A stretch of DNA of 64,000 nt, from positions 26,725-90,724 of the IMG/VR virus record IMGVR_UViG_3300034418_007766; one strand, 5' to 3'. The notes under the pieces were generated by a model that was not told the DNA's origin, made no database searches, and worked only from the letters and a program-made list of their open reading frames with translations. Both the position numbers and the translations under genes were made by a program. Every line of letters starts with the position of its first letter. The stretch's first letter is position 1. Shown here one piece after another: positions 56,945 to 64,000 of this stretch. This DNA comes from a virus.

Positions 56945-57223
56945 ATGGATTTTTTAACACTAGTAGGTGATGTAGGGTTTCCAATAGCAGGAGCATTAGC
57001 AGCAGGTGGCTTTGTTTTCCTAACATTGAAGTTTATTTTAGCAGGTGTTACTGGAGGAGTAACTACTCTAAAAAACATAATCGGACAATTAGACAACAGA
57101 GTTCAAACCATGAACAACGATCTAGTTAAGATCGATGCTTTGTTGAGCTATACATTAAACATTAGACCTAACGTAGATAGGTTAGCAGCAAATGAAGGAA
57201 AAGAAGATGCCAGACGTGATTGA
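56945..57223 (+). CDS. TM plus coiled-coil protein (YvrJ/BhlA-like)
   Basis: VGFPIAG motif; TAAATA at 56912. Confidence 0.65.
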   Translation: MDFLTLVGDVGFPIAGALAAGGFVFLTLKFILAGVTGGVTTLKNIIGQLDNRVQTMNNDLVKIDALLSYTLNIRPNVDRLAANEGKEDARRD

Positions 57224-57401
57224 TGATAAAGGTAAATTAGAAGTAAGTGTGCGGATACTAGGAAATGAACTAGTAGCACTGCGCATGGATGTAGATGATT
57301 TTAAAATGAAATGGCTTGTTATGGGTGTGATTGCTATTGTAGCACTAGGTTGGGCTGCTGGCAATTTTGGACCAGAACTCATAAACATGTTTGGAGAGTA
57401 A
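57207..57401 (+). CDS. small membrane protein
   Basis: LRMDVDDFKMKW followed by a TM helix. Confidence 0.6.
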   Translation: MPDVIDDKGKLEVSVRILGNELVALRMDVDDFKMKWLVMGVIAIVALGWAAGNFGPELINMFGE

Positions 57402-57749
57402 ATGGATATTGCTGCCGCAGTAAGTGAATATGGTTTTCCAATCATTGCCGCAATGGGCATGGGATATTTCATTTATTTTATTTGGAAATGGGTGACTGAA
57501 ACTATTGATCCTGTTATAGGAGAAACCATGGGCACACTAATTAAATTGGTTGATCGTGTGCGTATGTTAGACAATGACATGATCAGACTAAACCAAAAAC
57601 TATCAATGGTTTTAGAATATAGGGCAAAATTAAATCCACAGAGGCAAGACGAATTACAACGTCTAGTGGATGAATATAAATCTGCTAATAAGCAGTTTGA
57701 TAGCACAGGAGGGAAAAAAGATGTTCCAAAAGGGGATGCCGATAGCTGA
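57402..57749 (+). CDS. TM plus coiled-coil protein, paralogue of 56945-57223
   Basis: YGFPIIAA; RVRMLDNDMIR vs RVQTMNNDLVK. Confidence 0.65.
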   Translation: MDIAAAVSEYGFPIIAAMGMGYFIYFIWKWVTETIDPVIGETMGTLIKLVDRVRMLDNDMIRLNQKLSMVLEYRAKLNPQRQDELQRLVDEYKSANKQFDSTGGKKDVPKGDADS

Positions 57750-57882
57750 CGTATTGCCAGCTGACACAGAAATGGTAGGCACAGCCATGCCGTTGAATAC
57801 AAAAGAAAACAACGACCATATAAAAGAGTTCTTGAAGGGAAAAGAATATCTAAAAAAAGAACTATTAAAGGCATTAACATAA
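57721..57882 (+). CDS. hypothetical protein
   Basis: AGGAGG RBS before the ATG. Confidence 0.55.
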   Translation: MFQKGMPIADVLPADTEMVGTAMPLNTKENNDHIKEFLKGKEYLKKELLKALT

Positions 57883-58007
57883 TGCAAGGCTCGCCCAGAA
57901 CTTGTAAGAGTTGTGGGCACAAGTGTCATTGTTACGCTCCAGACTGTAAGGATTGTATCAATGATGTATGTGTCAAATGTGATTGTAGGGACACAAAATC
58001 TAAATAA
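57882..58007 (+). CDS. 41-aa metallothionein-like Cys-rich peptide (not in ORF track)
   Basis: MQGSPRTCKSCGHKCHCYAPDCKDCINDVCVKCDCRDTKSK; TAATG coupling. Confidence 0.7.
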   Translation: MQGSPRTCKSCGHKCHCYAPDCKDCINDVCVKCDCRDTKSK

Positions 58008-58015
58008 GTATCTAC

Positions 58016-58273
58016 ATGGAGCTCTATTTAGGCAGTTGTGAATACAAGTGGACTCACAAAGATACACATATGGAACGTATGTGGGTCCAACGTGAAGTTG
58101 GCACAGATGTTTACAAAACAGTAGAAGAAAATGGTTGGGATTGGGTGCTTTATCGTAGTAACAGTCGTAGTCTTCCTGGTGACATTTATTGTAGATGTGA
58201 TATAAAGGTGTTACTGCCCGAATCAAAAGCAGCCACACATTTTATTCTCAAACATTCTGAGACAGTTAAATGA
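58016..58273 (+). CDS. hypothetical protein
   Basis: TAAATA upstream. Confidence 0.65.
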   Translation: MELYLGSCEYKWTHKDTHMERMWVQREVGTDVYKTVEENGWDWVLYRSNSRSLPGDIYCRCDIKVLLPESKAATHFILKHSETVK

Positions 58274-58491
58274 TTTGGATGGACTATGTTATAGAACAGG
58301 CAGGTGCTAACTTTAGAGTCAAAGGCGACTGGCCAGGAGAAGTAATGGGTAAACAACAAGACGGGTCACAAAAAGAACATTATCTTTACAAACCAGGTGA
58401 TGTGTTTATTGTAAATGAAGCTGGCTGGCTTATGAAATCAGATGAAGTCAATGCTCTTTTGTTAAAGCATGAGAGCAAGGCAAATGACTGA
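58270..58491 (+). CDS. hypothetical protein
   Basis: ATGA-coupled. Confidence 0.65.
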   Translation: MIWMDYVIEQAGANFRVKGDWPGEVMGKQQDGSQKEHYLYKPGDVFIVNEAGWLMKSDEVNALLLKHESKAND

Positions 58492-58855
58492 GTTACTATT
58501 TTTCTTTGCCTTAATAATAAAACATGCCTTTGCTGATTTGTTTTTACAAACATATATTAAAAAACCACATAGCAAAATAAGATACTTTGACAACGGACAC
58601 AGACACTATGCACACCACGCTGGTGTAAACTTTGTAGTATGTTTATTTTTTGTATCACCTGCTTGGGCAGTGATCTATAGTTTGTTTGATTACATAATAC
58701 ATTGGCATGTTGATTGGGGCAAAACTGTATTTTATACAAAGTTCAATTGGAAACGTGACGAAGGTAGATTTTGGCGATTACAAGCATTAGACCAAGCACT
58801 ACATTACACTACTGCTTTCTTGATTGTGTTACACTCTCATATGTTTGTTTTATAA
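58484..58855 (+). CDS. DUF3307-like His-rich membrane protein
   Basis: KHAFADLFLQ, HWHVDWGK and LDQALH motifs. Confidence 0.75.
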   Translation: MTELLFFFALIIKHAFADLFLQTYIKKPHSKIRYFDNGHRHYAHHAGVNFVVCLFFVSPAWAVIYSLFDYIIHWHVDWGKTVFYTKFNWKRDEGRFWRLQALDQALHYTTAFLIVLHSHMFVL

Positions 58856-59471
58856 TATCGCCAACTTTATCACTTACCATGGTTTCATAATGTGTATTTG
58901 CAACATCTACATGCTTCATGTCTGTTCTGTGACGCATTGATTCAAGTGTGCAAACGCCATCGTTAGGTCCATTGTGATAAGGCACAGAACCTGTAGTGCT
59001 TACAATTTGTGTCCAAGGGATATTCAATTCAATTTCATTTGCTCTACGTATAGGATCTGCTCTGCGTCCTATATCTTTAAACAGTGGATAGCTTGGAACA
59101 ATATACTTTGCCCAGTCTGCTGTGCTGCTGCCACGGAAAGGTGTGCTTATACTTACACCTCCCAGCACTCTAACATACTGTGTAAGATGTAGTGCATACA
59201 AACCGCCCATGCTGTGTCCTATAACAAAGTGTGGGCCTTTGCCTTTGCATTTATCCGCAATCATTTCTATGTTATCTTCAAATCTATTCATGCTAGAATA
59301 GTTTACTAATATCTCATTTGAAAACTGTGTTTTTGTTTGCAGGTATTTAAAACTCAATGAAGTTTGGTTCGCACCATGTATCCAAATAACATTAATGTCA
59401 TCTGTCGTGCGTTTTTCATAGGTTCGACGCAAACCAAACCAATTATAAAAGTATTCTCTTATAGGCTGCAT
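58809..59471 (-). CDS. alpha/beta hydrolase (lipase/esterase-like)
   Basis: IHGA, GHSMGG, STPFRGS, NDGV and H motifs. Confidence 0.85.
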   Translation of the reverse strand: MQPIREYFYNWFGLRRTYEKRTTDDINVIWIHGANQTSLSFKYLQTKTQFSNEILVNYSSMNRFEDNIEMIADKCKGKGPHFVIGHSMGGLYALHLTQYVRVLGGVSISTPFRGSSTADWAKYIVPSYPLFKDIGRRADPIRRANEIELNIPWTQIVSTTGSVPYHNGPNDGVCTLESMRHRTDMKHVDVANTHYETMVSDKVGDIIKQTYESVTQSRKQ

Positions 59472-59475
59472 ACAA

Positions 59476-61521
59476 TTATTTAGTTTGCGCTATGAAGGTG
59501 CCGTTCCAATCTTGTGGCAACTCTTGTGTTTTCATATATTCACAACGTTCCATCCACATTTTGTAGTAGCCTGTCATTTTAAAATCAAAACAATTTGCTA
59601 ATGCTGCGCTCATTCTATATGCTTCGTCAAAGTTTTGTGCTTTATATGCTTTCATCATTTTTACATGTCTGTCTTGATCTTTTTTCCAAGCATGTTGTGG
59701 ATTATCTAACACAGTGTAAATGCTGAGTCCTACACTCTTACCTTTAACTTGTAAGTCGTCTACTTTTAGATAGAAGAAATCGTCCTTTGTTTGTTCGTAT
59801 GTGGCTTCTCCAACAAGAAGTAAGCATCCATATTCTTTACATTTTGATTCGACTCTAGCTGCTGTTGAAACAGCATCTCCAAGCACATCATAACTGTGAC
59901 GCATAGTGCTGCCCATTTCTCCCAAATAACCAAGTCCTGTATTAATACCAGCACCCATACCAACAGGTGGCCTGCCTTCTGGAATAATAACTTCTTCATT
60001 GAACTTCTCTACTGCTTGCAACATATCTAGTCCACACTGCACGGCTGATCTAGCATGATTAGGATCATCAATGGGTGCGTTGTGTATGTGCATACTAGCA
60101 TCACCGATATACTTGATTATCATTCCGTCTGCGTTTAGCACAGGCTGCGTAATGGCATCCATATAGCCATTCATTATGCGAGTGAGTCCTTGCACGTCAT
60201 CGCCAAAAGATTCACCTAATGGTGTAAAGCCACGCAAGTCTGAGAATACTATACTAACTTCTCGCTTGGTGCCTTTTTTGATTAGGTCTGGATTTTCTTG
60301 TAATAGTCTAACCACAGTAGGAGATGCATATCCTGCAAACTGTTTTTTAATTGCTTGCTTTTGTAAAAATTCATCTAAGAATTTAAGTATGTAACGCTTG
60401 AGTCCTACTAGCAATAAAAATGCTGCTGGTGTAAATCCGTCGACGAGCATTCCGTATTGATTAAAGGCGTAGTAACTTATACTAATGCTACCACCAACTG
60501 CAATCACAAAAAAGGCTATACCTAAATACGTCCATCGTGCGCCTAAAATAAGAATTATACCAGCAGCAACAAAGAATGCAAGTTCACCCCATATTTCGGC
60601 ATCAGAATGTCTTGCAATGTTTGATTCGTTAAATACTGTTCCAAGCATTGTTGCTTGTATTTCATGTGGGAATACTGAACCTGCTGCTGTTGCTAAAGGC
60701 TGTGTTACACCTGCTGCGGTTGGTCCTACAAATACTATACCACCTCCAAAGTCGTCTGGCAATTCTACTGCACTATATGACTTTGATTTTTGACTCCAGT
60801 CTATCCATACTTCACCTGTTGGGCTTGTTTGTATAACACCAAACTGCGGTATGCGTAACTTGTCAACTCCAAGTGGAGATAGCTTAATTTGGAAACTCGG
60901 ATCTCCTGCTAATACCCTTAGCACTTCCATTGTAACATTTGGATATAACACCCCTCCACTTTCTACTACAAGTGGTATGCGTCTAGTAACACCGTCTATT
61001 TCTGGCCATGAATTTGTAAGGCCTGATCCAACTGCTGAATTTTCAATATCAGGGACGTTGGCAATGATTCCTGGAACACTAGGAATAGTGTGAAGGTAAT
61101 CACTGTTAACGATAGTAGCACCAGGATTAATTGGTTCATTTTTATTCTCCTCCGCACCCAGCATTGTGACTATAACTGGTAGGTCATTCATTATCAGGGC
61201 AAGTGTAAAATCCTCGCCCTGACGATCTGTTTCAGACATCAACACATTGAATACAACTAGTCCAGCGCCTCTGGCATAAATTTCCTCTATAAGGCTACCA
61301 TAATCACCTCTCGGCCACGGCCATTGTCCGTATGCCTCTAAACTTGGCTCATCAATATTCACTGTGTAAATGTTGTTTTCAATTGGCTCTTGATTGACAA
61401 TAAGTGAGTCAAAGTATCGTAATTTGAGACTTTCTAAAAACGGAGGGTTGATATACATAATCCAGGCTAGAATACCTAAAACTATCATGCTCCAAAGCGG
61501 CGAAAACAATACTTTTCTCAT
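59476..61521 (-). CDS. CHASE2-domain class III adenylate cyclase
   Basis: CHASE2 (GQWPWPR, DGVTRRIPL), 3 TMs, FSDLRGFT, KYIGDA and DVLGDAVSTAARVE. Confidence 0.92.
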   Translation of the reverse strand: MRKVLFSPLWSMIVLGILAWIMYINPPFLESLKLRYFDSLIVNQEPIENNIYTVNIDEPSLEAYGQWPWPRGDYGSLIEEIYARGAGLVVFNVLMSETDRQGEDFTLALIMNDLPVIVTMLGAEENKNEPINPGATIVNSDYLHTIPSVPGIIANVPDIENSAVGSGLTNSWPEIDGVTRRIPLVVESGGVLYPNVTMEVLRVLAGDPSFQIKLSPLGVDKLRIPQFGVIQTSPTGEVWIDWSQKSKSYSAVELPDDFGGGIVFVGPTAAGVTQPLATAAGSVFPHEIQATMLGTVFNESNIARHSDAEIWGELAFFVAAGIILILGARWTYLGIAFFVIAVGGSISISYYAFNQYGMLVDGFTPAAFLLLVGLKRYILKFLDEFLQKQAIKKQFAGYASPTVVRLLQENPDLIKKGTKREVSIVFSDLRGFTPLGESFGDDVQGLTRIMNGYMDAITQPVLNADGMIIKYIGDASMHIHNAPIDDPNHARSAVQCGLDMLQAVEKFNEEVIIPEGRPPVGMGAGINTGLGYLGEMGSTMRHSYDVLGDAVSTAARVESKCKEYGCLLLVGEATYEQTKDDFFYLKVDDLQVKGKSVGLSIYTVLDNPQHAWKKDQDRHVKMMKAYKAQNFDEAYRMSAALANCFDFKMTGYYKMWMERCEYMKTQELPQDWNGTFIAQTK

Positions 61522-61844
61522 TTTTTCTTTCCCATTAGTTTTGCTCGCATTGCATCTAGCTCTGCTGTTTTTGCTGCTTTTGCTATTGCGGCTTGATCGG
61601 GCGAGGTCGATAGTTTGGATTCTTCACTCCCCGTTCGTACTCTACTACTGGATTGTAGTTTGTGTTGTTCTTCTTTCGAAACCCTTGATGTTTTATTATC
61701 AAGGGTTTCTCTGACTCGGGCAATTCTTGCTTTGTGTTCTTGTTGGCGCTGGTGAAGGTAGGTTTCAAGCAATTTCTCCTGAAACTTTTCCTCCACCATA
61801 TTTTCTATATGCTCTTTGAACAACCATTCGCTTATCCATTTCAT
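61518..61844 (-). CDS. hypothetical protein
   Basis: TAAATA 4 nt before the ATG. Confidence 0.65.
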   Translation of the reverse strand: MKWISEWLFKEHIENMVEEKFQEKLLETYLHQRQQEHKARIARVRETLDNKTSRVSKEEQHKLQSSSRVRTGSEESKLSTSPDQAAIAKAAKTAELDAMRAKLMGKKK

Positions 61845-61855
61845 ATAGTATTTAT

Positions 61856-62074
61856 TTAATGATCGTATACGTAAGGCCCGTCTTGCACTTTTACAGGCTT
61901 ACAATAAGCAGTTATTCTATGTTCCTTGGGTACTAGATACTTTGATCCGTAGTTTCCGTACTGTCTTGGTATACGTTTTGCATAGTATTGACAAACGTCT
62001 ATACTTCTAAAATACATAGGCGACGGTTGTTGTGCGTCTGCTATTAACACTACTAGCATAAATGCGTGTATCAA
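61856..62074 (-). CDS. small secreted-type hypothetical protein
   Basis: MYF.SI..C..YA...TAYCKP. Confidence 0.65.
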   Translation of the reverse strand: MIHAFMLVVLIADAQQPSPMYFRSIDVCQYYAKRIPRQYGNYGSKYLVPKEHRITAYCKPVKVQDGPYVYDH

Positions 62075-62557
62075 TTATACTATTCCTTTGGCTTTTAGAA
62101 TAAAATAAAATATTCCACCAAGCATACTAGTCAATGCTCCTAGTAATAAAGTAATAGCAACACCATTTATTAATGCTTGTTTTGCTTCTGCTTGTCTGTA
62201 TACTTCTCGTTCACGTTGAGCTCTAATTTTACGTTGCATTTCTTTTAGCTCGTCCCAAGTTCCAAATCCAAAACGAAAGTTAAGTAATTCTCGTAGTTCC
62301 ATTTCCATTTCCATAATCTTCTTTTCGTGAATAAGGAGATTAAGTGCTTCTTCTTCAACTGAACCTGCTGCTAATAGTTTTCTAAATATTGGAGGTTTCT
62401 TTTGCATCTGCTGACCTTTACGGAAATCAGATACACTAGTGTACCACTTGCCCATTTGGCCCATAACATTTTCGAATTCTTGACCAGCGTGTACGAATTT
62501 CTTAACGGTATTAAATGCCGTAGTTGCTGCTGCAACGGCTGTGAATGGATCTATCAA
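62075..62557 (-). CDS. hypothetical protein with C-terminal TM
   Basis: MIDPFTAVAAAT N-terminus and coiled coil. Confidence 0.7.
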   Translation of the reverse strand: MIDPFTAVAAATTAFNTVKKFVHAGQEFENVMGQMGKWYTSVSDFRKGQQMQKKPPIFRKLLAAGSVEEEALNLLIHEKKIMEMEMELRELLNFRFGFGTWDELKEMQRKIRAQREREVYRQAEAKQALINGVAITLLLGALTSMLGGIFYFILKAKGIV

Positions 62558-62615
62558 TACACCCTCTCTTCCAGCAGGTTTGCCCTCTGCTAAAGGTATT
62601 TACCACGGCTACACT

Positions 62616-64000
62616 TTAAAATCTTATTTTAAATCCTACACTCAACGAATTTGTTGCTGCGTCATCTGACATGCTTCTACTAAAGTCACCTGCAAATGAT
62701 ATCTTCTCGTTGATGTGATGATCAACTCCAATACCAATGCGTGTTGTGCCTTCTGTGCTTCTGCTGATGTGTGCTGTTCCAAGATCAAAATCAAAGTTAG
62801 CACCTAGTGTAGCATAACGATATGATTCGTCAGTTGCTTCGTGAGCAATAGCACTTTGTATGCTACCTGTTTCAGTGTAAGCATCTGTTGAACGCTTGCC
62901 TGCTACAATACCCATTACTGGACGAATTTTACCAGTGTTTGGTTCAACTTCAACATTTACCCAAGTATCACTTGTAGAATATTCACCTTGGTTAGTGAAG
63001 TCGCCAATGTGTCTTTCGTATGTAATATCTTGACTAGCACGATTTATTGTTCCACGAACAGTAAACTTTTCTAGTGCCTTACTTGCGCCAACGCCCATAT
63101 GTAGTGTTGTCATATCACCCGTGCTACATGCGTCAGCACTAGTAGTGATTCTGTTGATACCACCTTCAATAGTGACTAGATCATCTGTGGTAGTTGATCC
63201 ACCAATGCCTAGCACACGACTTTCAGCACTACATCCATCTCCTAAGTCACTGGTAATGCGGCTACCTGCTACATAATCAGCAAAACCTAAACTGTGTAAG
63301 TCAACTGCACGACCAATCTTTTTGCCTGTGTCCATACGACCTGTAAATGAGCCTGGGTCTGTAACTGCTGAAGTTATAGCACTATCTGCTACCGCACTTG
63401 ATGTTTCTACACCATCTGTGTATGTTACAGTTTTCATAGGTGTAGTTGTAGTTGTAGTTTTTTCTCTATCAATAGTTTGTACACCGTCTGCTACACTTGA
63501 TTCGTGTGTTGTAATACTTGCTGTAAGTATTGGACGACTTGTGTCAACTACGGTTTCAGTTGTAATAACTGGATCAGCACCTCCAGCGTCGGCTTCTGCT
63601 GCATCTGTAGCACTACCAACATCTTCTAGTGTTCCCCAACTGTCTGTTGTTGTAGTGTCACCACCACCTGCACCGCCAGTGATAGCATCTTCTGCTGCAT
63701 CAAATGCACTTGGACCAAAGATATAAGCGTAGTTTGCTTCTAAGATGTCACCTGTTGTAACACCTGTCCAAGTCCAACTGATACCAATAGTATCGTCACC
63801 GTTACCATATTTTACAGGATTTCCGTCGGCATCTGTATAAGTTGTACCATCGTATCCGTCTGCTTGGGTACTCCAACCATTAATACCTGCTGTGACGTTT
63901 GTATCTGTTGTGTAGATACCTAGTGCATAACGGCTAACCGTTGCTTCTGAGAATGCAACGTTTGTATCTGGAATGACACCATAACCTAGCACGTTGTCTG
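62616..64000 (-). CDS. autotransporter-like outer-membrane beta-barrel protein (5' end outside window)
   Basis: Thr/Asp-rich passenger-like region, AYTETGS motif, amphipathic strands ending in terminal Phe (SVGFKIRF). Confidence 0.65.
   Translation of the reverse strand, partial: DNVLGYGVIPDTNVAFSEATVSRYALGIYTTDTNVTAGINGWSTQADGYDGTTYTDADGNPVKYGNGDDTIGISWTWTGVTTGDILEANYAYIFGPSAFDAAEDAITGGAGGGDTTTTDSWGTLEDVGSATDAAEADAGGADPVITTETVVDTSRPILTASITTHESSVADGVQTIDREKTTTTTTPMKTVTYTDGVETSSAVADSAITSAVTDPGSFTGRMDTGKKIGRAVDLHSLGFADYVAGSRITSDLGDGCSAESRVLGIGGSTTTDDLVTIEGGINRITTSADACSTGDMTTLHMGVGASKALEKFTVRGTINRASQDITYERHIGDFTNQGEYSTSDTWVNVEVEPNTGKIRPVMGIVAGKRSTDAYTETGSIQSAIAHEATDESYRYATLGANFDFDLGTAHISRSTEGTTRIGIGVDHHINEKISFAGDFSRSMSDDAATNSLSVGFKIRF

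Noticed and set aside
1-64000. Bacterial chromosome or integrated prophage
   Set aside because: Host-like genes are interspersed with baseplate, lysis and clamp-loader genes under phage late promoters; no integrase, rRNA or host operon structure

Overview
A 64-kb segment of a large, AT-rich, lytic T4-like/jumbo myophage, probably aquatic. An alphaproteobacterial host is inferred, not proven, from FdxA-, YccA- and CHASE2-cyclase-type genes. Most genes are on the minus strand and are driven by consensus sigma70 promoters or T4-like late TAAATA promoters. The window contains a proteostasis/translation set (ClpA, peptide deformylase, DnaJ, GroES, IF-1), a lysis module (GH19 endolysin, spanins, TIGR02594-like amidase), PhoH, ThyX, ferredoxin, a clamp loader, a DnaE fragment, baseplate/tail-fibre genes, IscA, UvsE, QueD, four radical-SAM enzymes, four sulfotransferase-like proteins, a fatty-acid desaturase, a CHASE2 adenylate cyclase and two tRNA arrays (9 complete tRNAs plus remnants). 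The most striking signal is the non-coding region 46230-46723. It reads, in order of transcription: sigma70 promoter, a ~200-nt multi-branched ncRNA, a late promoter, a 20-codon leader peptide rich in ATA/TGG/CCA/TCA codons with a 1:2 / 2:3 / 3:4 attenuator, a pseudoknot-like element, and a tRNA array (Trp, Ile2, Pro, Gly, Ser, Ile-UAU) that decodes those same codons. This looks like a ribosome-sensed, tRNA-depletion-triggered switch for phage tRNA expression. A preQ1-I-like pseudoknot leader on queD and a circularly permuted tRNA-like module are also present. All family assignments come from motif recognition and all RNA folds from manual pairing; no database search or folding program was run.
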